Source of the DNA: Octopus sinensis
Lineage: Eukaryota
Direction of reading: 5' to 3'
Assembly: GCF_006345805.1 (NCBI RefSeq)
Contig: NC_043007.1
Location: forward strand, 35,154,001-35,218,000
Length of the DNA: 64,000 nucleotides
Shown here piece after piece: positions 25,960 through 39,471 of the stretch. The position numbers were made by a program, and so were the translations under genes. The notes under the pieces are model-generated. The model made no database searches and was not told where the DNA came from. It worked only from the letters and a program-made list of their open reading frames with translations. Position 1 is the first letter of the stretch. Every line of letters starts with the position of its first letter.

Positions 25960-26600
25960 TGCGAAGAGATTTCAAGATGAGGTAACGTAAACTAAAAGTA
26001 AGTCATCTGGTAATCTTTGGTCTTATATGTATCCAATATTTTATCTCTGACAAGAAGCATTTTACCAAGGACAGTTCCTTTTTAACCCTGAAGAAGAGAC
26101 TTGTATGTCCCGAAATATTGGATACATATAAGACCATTCCTGTGTTACTAGAGCCATATGTGAGAGTGTAGAGTCTTACTGAAACACATATGCCCTAAAA
26201 CAATGACAGCTGCAGGAAATTTTGCATGCATAACACTTGGAACTTCATTAGGGTCTGCATATAACCATCTATCATTTCTTCTGTTGATATTTTGATCTAG
26301 GTCGAAGTTTTTCTCGTTTAAGAAAAACCAAATCAAATCGTCTTCTGGCTTTTTCAGTTTGTTTAAGAGCCTTTTAGATCTGATGTAATGATTTTATTTT
26401 GGTTTTTCTGACAAATTGACCTTTCCTCGTCATATAAGACATATATGTGATGTCTTCGTTGACAACATTTCTGACAGTTCCCTCTGACACATAGAGATAT
26501 TTTGCAATTGGCCTCATGGGCTTTCTGAAATTGTAATCAATGGTCTGTTGAACTTGCTGGATATATTCGCGGGTTCGAATCTCAGACCGGGGGATGTGTG
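25960..26600 (-). mobile_element. maT/DD37D-like Tc1/mariner transposase fragment
   Basis: RPIAKYLYVSEGTVRNVVNED (HTH); WFFLNEKNFDLDQNINRRNDRWLYADPNEVPSVMHAKFPAAVIVLG. Confidence 0.7.
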
Positions 26601-27064
26601 TGTTAATGAGCGAAACACCTAAGCTCCACACGGCTCCGGCAGAAGGTAATGGCGAACTTCTGCTGAGTCTTTCGCCACAACTTTCTCTCATTCTTTCCTC
26701 CTGCATCTTGCAGCTCCCATGTTCTTTAAGATGCATCTAGTTCTTTTTTCTTTTCCTCCTTTTTTTTCTTTTTTGTTCGGGAGCGATGAAAAGGCCCATG
26801 ACCTTTTAAAGGGTCCCTGTAAACAATGGGAAGGGAAGGGGTAAGGAAGATATCCGCAAACTGGAAACCTAGCCCGAACGATTGCAACAGACTACATTCC
26901 ACTAAAGCCATCTGAGTGCGACGGATTAAGTCTACAACCCAAATAGCCCAAAGCGAGATTTGAACTTAGGGCAGCACTACCACAAGAAATCCACCACTCT
27001 GACGTTCTCGCTGTAAATAACACATCCATCGCTCCTACATTGCTTACTTACCAAATCTTAAAAG

Positions 27065-28012
27065 CAGGGATTCTTAAGCATTTTTTTTTTATCTCTGGAC
27101 CCCTTTGATGACTATTTTATTCTGGTAGACCTTCATAGCAATTCGATTTTTAAAAAGCTAGTTATATAGAAACTTCTTTCAATATTAATAATTCAAGGCG
27201 GCGAGCTGACAGAAACGTTAGCACGCCGGTCGAAATGCTTAGCGATATTACGTCTGTCTTTACGTTCTGAGTTCAAATTCCGCCGAGGTCGACTTTGCCT
27301 TTCATCCTTTCGGGGACGATAAATTAAGAACCAGTTACGCACTGGAGTCTATACAATCGACTTAATCCGTTTGTCTGTCCTTATTTGGCCCCTCTGTGTT
27401 TAGCCCCTTGGGGGTAGTAAAGGAATAGAAATAGATATTACGTCTGTCTTTACGTTCTGAGTTCAAATTCCGCCGAGGTCGACTTTGCCTTTCATCCTTT
27501 CGGGGTCAATAAATAAAGAACCAGTTACGCACTGGGGTCGATACAATCGACTTAATACCTATGTCTGTCCTTGTTTGTCCCCTCTGTGTTTAGCCCCTTG
27601 TGGGTAATAAAGAAATAGATATTACGTCTGTCTTTACGTTCTGAATTCAAATTCCGCCGAGGTCGACTTTGCCTTTCATCCATTCGGGGTCGATAAATTA
27701 AGTACAAGCTTCGTACCGGGGTCGATCTAATCGACTAGCCCCCTCCCCCAAAATTTCGGATCTTGTGCCTAGAGTAGCAGAGAATATTACTATTTTGTTT
27801 TTTTATACGTTAACTTGCGTAGGTTGAACCATTTAAAATGTTAGAGAAAGAAACCATGCTGCTTTTTGGAATAAATAAATCTAAAGCAAAAAACATTTCA
27901 GGAGTCCGTAAAATACTATTGTGGATCCCTGATTTACTATTTCGTTGCATGGATCCCGCAAAATCTTGTATGGACCCTCAAGAGCCATATCGACCCCGGT
28001 TAAAAACCGCTG
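27065..28012. mobile_element. hAT-like MITE interrupted by a SINE A trimer
   Basis: Imperfect TIRs cagggattcttaa / ttaaaaaccgctg; 8-bp TSD cttaaaag / cttagaag. Confidence 0.6.
27195..27785 (+). mobile_element. SINE family A tandem trimer
   Basis: One head, then two restarts at gaaatag|atattacgtctgtc (~27430, ~27617). Confidence 0.85.
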
Positions 28013-28214
28013 CTTAGAAGAATGAAAGGCAAAGCTGACCTGGACGGGCTTCGAACGAATAGAGTCAGAACATATGCTATAACGTATTGTATCAGACGAG
28101 CGCACGTCTCAACAAGTTCGCCACGGCTTATGGATTTTTGAAACTATGAATAACAAACATCATCATCATTATCATCATTTTCCTCCTCCTCCTCCTCCTT
28201 CTCTTCATCATCTG

Positions 28215-28446
28215 TTTCTTTATTACCCACAAGGGGTTAAACATAGAGGGGACAAACAAGGACAGACAAAAGAATTAAGTCGATTACATCGACCCCAGTG
28301 CGTAACTGGTACTTAATTTATCGACCCTCGAAAGGATGAAAGGCAAAGTCGACCTCGGCGGAATTTGAACTCAGAACGTAACGGCAGACGAAATACGGCT
28401 ACGCATTTCGCCCGGCGTGCTAACGTTTCTGCCAGCTCGCCGCCTT
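28215..28446 (-). mobile_element. SINE family A
   Basis: Full head and tail. Confidence 0.85.
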
Positions 28447-28695
28447 TCTTCATCATCATCATCATCATCATTATCACCTCCAACTCTAACATGTTCACAG
28501 GGTCAGAAATTTTTTTGCGGTGAAAGAACAGTTGATTGCATTTCCTCCGATATCCTTTGGTCCTTTACTTTATTGACATAGAAAGAACAAAAAGGACAAA
28601 GTTGATCACTGCTGGATTCGAACTCAGAATATAAACAACCGGAACAGAAAATACCGCAACGCATTTCCCCCGTTTCATTAAGCAATAATAAAAGG

Positions 28696-29073
28696 AGCAC
28701 TCCGTCGGTTACGACGATGAGGGTCCCAGCTGATACGATCAACGGAACAGCTTGTTCGTGGAATTAACGTGCAAGTGGCTGAGCACTCCACAGACACGTG
28801 CACCCTTAACGTAGTTCTCGAGGAGATTCAGTGTGACACAGAGTGTGACAAGGCTGGCCCTTTGAAATACAGGTACAACAGAAACAGGAAGAAAGAGTGA
28901 GAGAAAGTTGTGGTGAAAGAGTACAGCAGGGTTCACCACCACCCCCTGCAGGAGCCTCGTGAGGCTTTAGGTGTTTTCGCTCAATAAAGACTCACAATGC
29001 CCGGTCTGGGAATCGAAACCGCGATCCTACGACCGCGAATCCGCTGCCCTAACCACTGGGCCATTGCGCCTCC
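28696..29073 (-). mobile_element. tRNA-derived SINE, family C (Arg-like head)
   Basis: aggaggcgcaatggcccagtggttagggcagcgga..gtttcgattcccagaccgggc head; cgtcgtcgtaaccgacggagtgc tail; matches 43368-43748. Confidence 0.85.
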
Positions 29074-29413
29074 TAAGCAATAATACCGATTTCTAAAGAC
29101 ACACCAAACCATAACGCATCGACGAAAGGTGTGGAGTATATTCAACAACTATATTTCACTGGGAATACATTTTAACAACCGAGCGATTTTTAAAAACCAA
29201 TTTTCTTCTGAATTTGACACAAGGACAGCAAATTTGAAGGGAGAAGGTTAACTGATACCACTGACCCTTGTACTTTACTGGTACCTTATCTTGTTGTATA
29301 ATAAAAAAAATAATAATAATAAACGGCGAAGTTGATCTCAGCGGGATTTGAACTCAGAAGAAAAGCAACAAATGTCGTATGGCGTATTTCCAGCGGTTTA
29401 CGGAATCAGGTAA

Positions 29414-30128
29414 TTAATGCCAGCGTATCTTCGAAAATTTTCGTGAAAAAATTATCAATAATTAATAATATCAAGGTAATAAAAAAATGTTAGAAATGTT
29501 TACTACCAGTGGCGTAGCTTGTAAAAAATATTTGTCAGTAGACTATATATTATAAATACAGTTTACATTTAAACACACAAGAGGTATCCGTCATAAGATT
29601 CCTTGCACGGTAGGCCACTGGTAGTAAAAATGTCTAAATTTTTTTATTACCTTGCTATTATTAATTATTGATAATTTTTTCTGGAAAATTTTCGTAGATA
29701 CGTCGGCATTATTTTGTTTGCTGCCAACAAAAACTGCGCTTGCGTGGTGGATTTGAAAAATTATGTATAAGCACAGGGCACATGTTGGATTGCCTCGTAC
29801 TTATATGTTTAATCTAGGCGTACCTGCTGATGAAGACTTTGCCTAGCAAATATTTTTATTTGTTAAAAAAAAGTCTGAGACCATGGTCCAGGAGATCGAT
29901 GGTAAATGTTTTTATTTTTCATTCCCTTCGAAGTTTATCCCTAATAGCGGTTTGGATTTTAGCTGTTCCTTCTAGCGTGCAAAGAATCCTATGAGGTATC
30001 CTCTTGCGTGTTTAAATGTACACTTTATTTATATGAACAATATATAGTCTATTGACGACTTTTTTCTTTTTACACGCTAGACCACTGGTAGTAAAAATTT
30101 CTAAAAAATTTTTATTACCCTGATATTA
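29414..30128. repeat. Nested foldback / MITE-like inverted repeat
   Basis: Arm 29414-29515 is inverted at 29614-29712; arm plus spacer (~29470-29610) is inverted again at 29975-30128. Confidence 0.7.
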
Positions 30129-30144
30129 TATATATATATAAAAC

Positions 30145-30192
<48 letters not shown>

Positions 30193-30394
30193 AATCATTA
30201 TCATCATCATCATCATCATCATCGTTATCATCGTCGTCATCATCATCATCATCATCACCATCATCATCATCGTCGTCGTCATCATCGCCGTCGTCGTCAT
30301 CATCACCATCATCACCATTATCACCATCACCACCATCATCATCATCACCATCATCACCAGCATCATCATCATCATATATATATATATATATATA

Positions 30395-31200
30395 GGCGCA
30401 GGCGTGGTTGTATGGTAAGATGTTTGCTTTCCAACCACATGGTTCCGTGTACCTTGGGCAAGTGTCTTCTACTATAGTCTCGGGCCAGCCAAAGCCTTGT
30501 GAGTGGATTTGGTAGATAGAAACTGGAAGAAGCCCGTTGTATATATATGTATATATTTGTGTGTATTGTGTGTGTGTTACTCTATTTGTCCTCCCCTCTT
30601 CACCATCACTTGACAACCGATTCTGATGTGTTTATGTTCCCGCAACTTAACGTTTCGGCAAAAGAGTATATTGAATAAGCACCAAGCTTATAAAGAATAA
30701 ATCCTGGGGTCGATTTCTTCAACTGACACCCTTTAAGGCGGTACTCCAGCATGGCCGCAGTCAAATAACAGAAACAAGTAAAAAAAATAAAATAATAAAA
30801 CAATATATGTGGCTGTGTGGTAAGTAGCTTGCTAACCAACCACATGGTTCCGGGTTCAGTCCCACTGCGTGGCATCTTGGGAAAGTGTCTTCTACTATAG
30901 CCCCGGGCCGACCAATGCCTTGTGAGTGGATTTGGTAGACGGAAACTGAAATAAACCTGTCGTATATATGTATATATATATATATATGTGTGTGTGTCTG
31001 TTTGTTCTCTAGCATTGCTTGACAACCGATGCTGGTGTGTTCACGTCCCCGTCACCTAGCGGTTCGGCAAAAAGACACCGATAGAATAAGTACTGGGCTT
31101 ACAAAAAGGATAAGTCCCGGGGTCGAGTTGCTCGACTAAAGGCGGTGCTCCAGCATGGCCGCAGTCAAATGACTGAAACAAGTAAAAGAGAGAAAAAGAG
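30395..31200 (+). mobile_element. Two adjacent SINE family B copies
   Basis: ~30395-30790 (diverged) and ~30808-31200. Confidence 0.8.
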
Positions 31201-32169
31201 AGTATATATATTCTGGTGTTGATTTGTTCGACTAAAACCGTTCAAGGCGGCGCCTTAGCATGGGCGCCTGACTTTTGACTGAAATAAATAAAAGATAACA
31301 GATAAAAGATAGTATAACACAAGCGTATATTTTTGACCGCCGTGGTTTGCTGATTCTTCCAAAACAAGGCAATAAAAACAAAGTAAAAACATTCAACTCC
31401 TAACATACAGGAAGGAAGGAAAATAATGCAAACGATTTTACTTATAAATCATGATCAAGAATAATGACATGAGCAGGTTTATTATCAATGAAGCTCTTAT
31501 TCAATGATTTATTTGCGACATAAATTAACTGAGCTACGTAAATACGGCGGTAAAATGAATAATAATGATAAATCTTAGGTAGAAAATGCCAATGAAAGAT
31601 GGTAATCTATTTAGCTAGCGCCATGAGTCCTCGTCTATAGACACACACGCATACGCACCTACATTTCTCTCTCACACAGGCACACACATATACACACTGT
31701 ACGACACACACACTGTTCTCTCTCTCTCACATATACATTCATATACACACACAACGGTGTAATTTATAGCTTCAGTGACACCTTTATAATGTCGTTACAA
31801 CTTGGCTTGTATCGTACAAACATTTTATATACCCACGCGCATACGTACATATTTATACGCACACACAATGATACGTACATGCATACCATACATACATAGA
31901 TACATACATAATAATGAGTGTGTATGCGCGTGTGTATGGATGTATGTCGTTATTTGTTTTGTCTTGAAGCAACGTCATCGTTTTTCAAAGGATATTTTCC
32001 CAAAATTTGTACACACAACCGAAAAATCATTCCGGGTTTATTCACGAAGAAAAAATATTTCCTGAATCCGAATGTCCCCTTTCTGAAGTAAAACAGAGAA
32101 GATTTATAAGAGAGAGAGTGAGTGAGTGAGAGAGAGAGGAGAAGGCGGAGGGGAGGGGCGAGGGAGAGG

Positions 32170-32428
32170 GAGAGACGATGATGATGATGGTGATGGTGGC
32201 GGTGGTGGTGGTGGTGGTGGTGGTGGTGGTAGTGGTGGTAGTGGTGGTGATGGTGGTGATGGTGATGATGATGGTGATGATGATGATGATGATGATGGTG
32301 ACGGTGATGATGGTGATGATGATGGTGATGATGATGATGATGATGATGGTGACGGTGATGATGGTGATGATGGTGATGATGATGATGATGATGATGGTGG
32401 TAATGATGATGACGATGATGATGATGAC

Positions 32429-32474
<46 letters not shown>

Positions 32475-32543
32475 GTGATGGTGATGGTGATGATGATGGT
32501 GATGGTGATGATGATGATGATGGTGATGGTGATGATGATGATG

Positions 32544-32574
<31 letters not shown>

Positions 32575-32645
32575 GATGGTGATGGTGATGATGATGATGA
32601 TGATGGTGATGGTGATGGTGATGGTGATGGTGATGATGATGATGA

Positions 32646-32676
<31 letters not shown>

Positions 32677-32768
32677 GATGATGATGGTGATGGTGATGAT
32701 GATGATGATGGTGATGGTGATGATGATGATGGTGATGATGATGATGATGGTGATGGTGATGATGATGG

Positions 32769-32799
<31 letters not shown>

Positions 32800-32800
32800 A
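32170..32800. repeat. (GAT/GGT)n microsatellite
   Basis: Directly visible. Confidence 0.95.
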
Positions 32801-33224
32801 GCCTAATAGTCGTAATAACTGAAACTCTTTAATCCCTTTGGAGCAGAGGCCATCGATTACTTTTCTTTACTGTTCTCGACTCTAAAGTTGTCTTTTTCAG
32901 CTTCTGTTTTTTACAGCGCTTGCCTCGCTATTCCGCCTCCATGTATTTTTATAGCGTCTTCTCTTCCTCCTTTCTTATGGGACGCTTCTCTGGGAGAAGG
33001 TCATCTTCTGTCAGGTCTTGAGTTTGAATTCTCATCGATGCTTCTGTAACTTCACTTTTTCCTAGAATAGGGAAGCTGAACTACACAAACCACTTTTTAC
33101 TTTTGAGAAGTGTTCCATGTTAGTCTGGTCTCTAATCTTTGACTTCTCTAGCATTGGAATAATGAATAAAGAAAACAAATGATCAAATGTTATATTTAAT
33201 TGAAATTTAATCATCAATGTACTT

Positions 33225-33710
33225 TCCCTGATTATCTATGACTTCCCTTCATCTATTTAAAAAGCTTTTTAATCCCATCAATGTAAAACTATTTTTGTTT
33301 CAAAGCGAAGAACTCTGAAAGGTCAATTTCGACCTCCTCCTGGCTTGCGAAAGTTATGTCCCCCAAATGATTCTGTAAACTACGAAACAAATGGTAGTCT
33401 GAAGGAGTAAGGTCGGGAGAATGAGGTGGATGAGGAAGTTTTTCTCAACCAAGCTCTTCGGTCTTCTGTGATGTGATCTTTGCAGTGTGGGGTCGCGCAT
33501 TGTCCTGGTAAAACATCACTCCTTTTCGATTCACTAAAGCGGGTCTTTTTTTCTTCAAAGCTTGGTTCAAACGCTCTAATTGCTGACAGTAGACTGAGCA
33601 TTCATTGTTGCATTAGGTCATAACAATTCAAAGTGAATTACACCATTGCAATCTCACCGGATACAGAGAAGAACCTTTTTCCATGAAGTTCTCTTTTTCC
33701 CTTTTACCAA
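33225..33710 (-). pseudogene. Mariner DD34D transposase, C-terminal fragment
   Basis: YCQQLERLNQALKKKRPALVNRKGVMFYQDNARPHTAK..LG*EKLPHPPHSPDLTPSDYHLFRSLQNHL; 34 residues between D and D; internal stop. Confidence 0.9.
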
Positions 33711-33745
33711 ATCACTGTTTACGATAGAAGATACATTTTTCGTCA

Positions 33746-33798
<53 letters not shown>

Positions 33799-33824
33799 TA
33801 TGTGTGTGTGTGTGTGTGTGGTGT

Positions 33825-34490
33825 CGTTACATTGACCCCAGTACTGAGCTGGTACTTGTTTTATCGAACCCCTAGCGAATGTAAGGCGATGTCGATCTCA
33901 GCGGAGTTTGAACTCAGAACGTAAAGACAGACGAAAAGCTGCTAAACATTTTGCCCGGCATACGAACTGTTCTTTTCTACTCCAAGCACAAGGTCCGAAA
34001 TTTTGGGGTAGGGGGCCAGTCGATTACATCGGCTCCAGTACGCAACTGGTACTTAATTTATCGACCTATTTCTTTACTACCCACAAGGGGCTAAACACAA
34101 AGAGGACAAACAATTACAGACAAATGGATTAAGTTGATTAAATCGACCCAGTGCGTAACTGGTACTTAATTTATCGACCCCGAAAGGATGAAAGGCAAAG
34201 TCGACCTCGGCGGAATTTGAACTCAGAACGTAACGGCAGACGAAATACCTATTTCTATTTCTTTATTACCCACAAGGGGCTAAACACAGAGAGGACAAAC
34301 AAGGACAGACATAGGTATTAAGTCGATTACATCGACCCCAGTGCATAACTGGTACTTAATTTATCGACCCCGAAAGGATGAAAGGCAAAGTCGACCTCGG
34401 CGGAATTTGAACTCGGAACGTAACGGCAGACGAAATACCGCTAAGCATTTCGCCCGGCGTGCTAACGTTTCTACCAGCTCGCCGCCTCAA
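33825..34490 (-). mobile_element. SINE family A cluster / multimer
   Basis: Several units; junction gaaatagaaatag|gtatttcg at ~34250. Confidence 0.85.
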
Positions 34491-35019
34491 AAGCAATATA
34501 TATGTATTAGACACTGAAGTTGTTAAAATTCTTAATTTAAAATTCATAGCGAAAAGACAGCATGTGGTTTCAAATATCATTGAAGGTAACATAATTTATT
34601 CATGAATATTTCCAAATTTACAATTGTTTATATTCATTAATTATTCAGGAATTATGCTCTATGAATTGGACTATTAATATTTATATAATGATGAATCAGA
34701 CTATATCAATATTTATATTATCCTTATATTCAAACATCGTAAAAATTAACGGTCCATTTTATAGGGCATAAAACCAGAGTATTTAGAATATATAAACAAA
34801 TTTAAATGTGAAACAATGACAGAGTATATCATTTCGTACCGTCTATGAAATTTGAAACCACGTTCTAATTTCCCAAAGAGGTGATCTTTAAATCTTCGCT
34901 TTTAATAACAAGTGTTTCATGGATATGTATGTGCATGTATGTGTGTGTGTGTGTGTGTGTGTGTACATACACATACACACCGAGTATCTATACATTTTCC
35001 GTCTACTAAATTTGTTCAG

Positions 35020-35310
35020 GGAGGCGCAATGGCCCAGTGATTAGGGCAGCGGACTCGCGGTCGGAGGATCACGGTTTCGATTCCCAGACCGGGCGTTATG
35101 TGTGTTTATTGAGCGAAAACATCTAAAAGCTCCTCGAGGCTCCGGTGGTGACCCCTGTTGTACTCTTTCGCCACAACTTTCTCACACGCTCTCTTCCTGT
35201 TTCTTGAGTGACGCTGCGATGGACTGGCGTCCCGTCCAGCTGGTGGTGGGGGGCACATACACCACAAAAACCGGGAAACCAGGACCATGAGCCTGGCTAG
35301 GCTTGGAAAG
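35020..35310 (+). mobile_element. Chimeric SINE (family C head and body, family D tail)
   Basis: ggcgcaatggcccagtg head joined to gctgcgatggactggcgtcccgtccag..ggctaggctt. Confidence 0.65.
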
Positions 35311-35654
35311 GGCGACAAAAAATTGTTCAGAATGCATTGGTCGACCCTGGGCGAAAGTGGTAGAGACTTGTCCAAAGTGCTGTGTGATGGAATTGAAACC
35401 GAAACCATGTGGTCATGCAAATAGCTTCATAATAACCCAGCAGTTCGTACACACACGTGCGGGCACGCGCACACACACACACACACACACATCACACACA
35501 CAGATATGCGCACGCACACGCACACACATACACACACACACACACGAATATACATGTTTCTTATCTGTCACTTGTTTCAGTCATTAGACTGCGCCCCTGC
35601 TGGGGCACCACCTTGGAGAATTTTAGTGGAATGAATCGACTTCAGTATTTATTT

Positions 35655-37900
35655 GTCGTTTAAGTCCTCTTGTCGATTTACACTCCCTTCCACATGCCTG
35701 ACAGATATGATTAGTATGATGTGTAGCACCACCACCAACGGCCTGGTTGTCGCTTTATGACTACGAAGATGACTCTTGAGTCCAGCTTTACTGAGGCGGG
35801 GTCTTGCACAGACACTGCATGTCAGCATCATAGGCAGACCCTTACCATCTTGAAGTGCAACAGTGATGCCCTTCCTGACATCCCTCCTTATTTTCTCATG
35901 CAGAACTCGAGATTTCTCAAAAGTAGCTGTCCCCTTTACACAATTCTACTCCACTTGCTACGGTCAATAGCTATGCTCTCCCATGTGTCATAGAGATGCT
36001 AGCATCTCTTAAGGAAGCCTTCAACAAGTCTTTATACCTTTTGGGGGGGGGGGTTTATGTGGAGGTCGTTCTCCTTTAGCTAACTCTCTATAAAAGAGTT
36101 GTTTTGACATTCTTGATTCTTTCATCCTGACCAGATGGCCACTCCATCTGAGCCTCTGCTTCAACACAAAAGCTTCTATACTTTCACACCAGAGCTTTCC
36201 AATATCTCAAGATCACTGATGTGATCCTCCCACTTAATGCCATAGATCTGCCTGAGACACATCTGATGGAAACGTTCCAGTTGTTTAAGGTGGTATCGAT
36301 ATGTGACCCACGTCTCGCAGGCATAAAGAAGAGAAGAGAGCACACACGCCTTGTACACCTTTATCTATGTCTTCCTGCATATGTCTCGCCGACTCCAGAG
36401 GCGCCTTTCTAGCCTTCCGAAAGCATCACTTGCTTTCCTAATTCTGTATGGAATTTCATTATCCAAATTGCTATATCTATCAACAGTGCTTCCCAAGTAG
36501 ACAAACTGATCAACTACACCAAGTCGTTTACCATACACATAGATATTTGGTTCACTATATTGCTTACCAGGGGCAGGTTGGTACATCACAACAGTTTTCT
36601 TGAGACTGACTGTCAATCCTAAGGCAGTGCAAGCATCAGAGAATGCATTCAAAATGTGTTGCATATCAATCTCTGTGTGTGCTACTATATCACAATCATC
36701 TGCATACAAAATGTCTCTTATGATAGAGGTAAACGCCTTTGTTTTTGCAGCAAAGTGCCTGATATTAAATATGCTGCCAGAGGTTCGATAATGGATGTAA
36801 ACACCGTATCTGCAGTTTCTGAACGCAATACAGAAAATCATCGCAAAATATATGGCTAATAGGGTCGGTGCCAGAATATGCCCCTGTTTCACTCCATTTT
36901 GTATTGAGATAGTCTCCAACATTTTCCCTCTCGTAAAGTTATCTTCACACTATTACACCTAAGATGATCGACCTTCAGTCTTTTAGGCGGGGTAATACCT
37001 GCAGCCTGGATTTTACGTTTTGTGACTAATTTCCCATTTGCACGTACTAGGTGGTGGTCAGTGCAACACTCAGCCCCACGAAGAACACGATCACACTGCA
37101 CATCTCGTCTGCCGCGCACCCCAACAAGGATGTGATCCAGAATATGCCATTCTTTAGATGCAGGGTGCCTCCATATGGTCTTAAACTTATTTTTTTGTTG
37201 AAACATGGTATTGGTAACACACAGGTGCAGCTCCTCACACATCTGCAGCAGAAGCATACCATTACTATTACACTTTCCCACACCATGCTTTCCAATTACA
37301 GTCCATGTGTTAAAATCCTTACCCACTCTACCATTAAAGTCACCCAGTAAGATGACTTTGTCTGCTCGAGGGATATTTCTTATAATGCCTTTCAAAGCAT
37401 GATAGAAACTTTTTCATCATCAGTAGAGCACATACTTGGAGCATACACACTCACCAAGGTCATATAATTTCCTTTAACCAAAGGAATCCTCATGGACATA
37501 AGACACTCGTTAATCCCGACTGGGAATTTTTCCAACTTGTCCACAAGTAGTCTTAACAGCAACTGCCACTCCAGCCTCTCCTCTAAACTCGTCATCCCTC
37601 CCTTTCCAAAAGAATGCATATTTGCCACAAGATTCTGTAAGATGACCATCTCCAGCTAATCTTGTCTCAGATAAAGCAACGATGTCAAGATCATAGCGTC
37701 GAAGCTCCTTCGCAACAAGAGCAATCCTTAGTTCAGGGCATTCTGAGGACTAGCGGTCAAGCAGCGTCCGTACATTCCAACAGCCAATATTCAATATTTT
37801 ATTTGGTTCTATCACAGTAGCGCGATGACGGTCGGGTCCAGACTGTGATGCTCTGGAGCCCCTGCAGGGCCAGACTCTTTCATCTGATGTGGTTCCAGAG
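35655..37900 (-). mobile_element. RTE/BovB-like LINE (APE + partial RT + C2H2 tail) with internal deletion
   Basis: IGCWNVRTLLD; VSVYAP; LLGDFNGRVG; WRHP..WHILDH; TDHHLV; NGVKQG..LAPTL; ILYADD; FVYLGS; VLSSLLYACETW; CSVCARPRLSKAGLKSHLRSH. The N-terminal RT half is missing at ~36930. Confidence 0.9.
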
Positions 37901-38020
37901 TCCATACTGCCATTTATTTTTATACTGTTTTGGTACATCATTGATTGTTTGCTTTTAAGGCTACAGCCAGCCATTCAGTTGAGACTCACAGAACTTTCAA
38001 CAATCATCGATTAATCAATA

Positions 38021-38051
<31 letters not shown>

Positions 38052-38331
38052 GTTGTTATCGTGCAATGCCTGTGCAAGAAGATTTTTTTTTAAGTGAGGA
38101 AAGGCTGTGCACTGAGTCAATCCCACTCATTAAGCTACAGTAGCCATAATCCGAAAAGAAGAGCAAGTCAACATCATCGGAAAACACACAGTGAAAATTC
38201 CATGATAAGATGAAGGTATGTCTCAGCGAGTGTGGCAAGATTTCTGAACACCTAACGCTCATGCTTTTAAGAGAAAAATCAAACACAGGTATTTCTCAAA
38301 ATCAAGTTGCATTCATTATGTAAATATATAA

Positions 38332-38560
38332 AGGCGGCGAGCTGGCAGAAACGTTAGCACGCCGGGCGAAATGCGTAGCCGTATTTCGTCTGCCGTTACG
38401 TTCTGACTTCAAATTCCGCCGAGATCGACTTGCCTTTCACTCCTTTTCGGGGTCGATTAATAAGTACCAGTTACGCACTGGGGGCGATATAATCGACTTA
38501 ATCCGTTTGTCTGTCCTTGTTTGTCCTCTCTGCGTTTAGCCCCTTGTGGGTAGTAAAGAA
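38332..38560 (+). mobile_element. SINE family A
   Basis: Full-length copy. Confidence 0.85.
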
Positions 38561-38682
38561 ATAATTATGTAAATATATAAGTTTGCTTCTCAGTCCTAGG
38601 GCAATTGTCTTCTACTACAGCCTCGAACCAACCAAGGCCTTGTGAGTGGAATTGGTTGACGGAAACTGAAATAAGCCCGTCT

Positions 38683-38768
<86 letters not shown>

Positions 38769-39095
38769 TTATGTGTGTGACTTTGTGCCTGCGTTTGTCC
38801 TCGCAACATCGCTTCACGATATTGCTGTGTTCACGTCCCCGTGACATAGCTGTTCGGCAAAACAGACCGATATAATAAGTACAAGGCCTACAAATAATAA
38901 GTTCTGAGCTCGATTTCTTCGACTCAAAAAAAAAACCCCTTTAAGGAGCTGCTCCAGCATGGCCGCAGTCAAATGACAAAAACAAAGAAAATAATAAAAG
39001 AATGAATTAGTAATGCGTGCGCGCGTGTGTGTGTGTGGGGGGGTGTATTCCAATTTGATGTTTATCTCAGAATTTCTTTCATATCGTCTTTGCAG

Positions 39096-39127
39096 GAGTG
39101 GTGAGCGAAGGCTCTCCACACATGGAG
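39096..39127 (+). other. Candidate 32-nt exon
   Basis: Pyrimidine tract tttctttcatatcgtctttgcag| and GAG|GTAAAT donor; open as (G)VVSEGSPHME or SGERRLSTHG. Confidence 0.3.
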
Positions 39128-39412
39128 GTAAATAACTAGTCTGAATCTTCGACAAAAATTTCAATGCAAAAAAATCAAATAAAATCCGCCATTTTCTTTT
39201 TTCTCTTTTTTTCCTTTCTCAGCATGCACAGGATGTATTTTTGATGAACTGATGTAGGGTCGCTTAGACACATGATAATATAAATTGAATAAATGTGAGA
39301 TGATGAATATGTATTTCTTTTTCTTTCCCTACCATCTATAAATTTAGAAATCAATCTGTGTATTTATTTATCTATAAATCTATAAATAAATGAATAAATA
39401 AATAAATAAGTT

Positions 39413-39471
<59 letters not shown>

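Noticed and set aside
27195-27785. CRISPR-like regularly spaced repeats
   Set aside because: The units are ~185-bp SINE bodies with no unique spacers and no cas genes, in a eukaryotic context
35020-35100. tRNA genes (here and at other tRNA-like heads)
   Set aside because: Box A/B-like heads run into SINE bodies and do not form a full cloverleaf
37780-37900. HDV-like ribozyme at the RTE 5' end
   Set aside because: I could not identify the nested double-pseudoknot elements by eye
38050-38290. Possible C2H2 zinc-finger or exon (CNAC..HRKTH)
   Set aside because: The Cys and His pairs are in different frames with wrong spacing; no recognisable product
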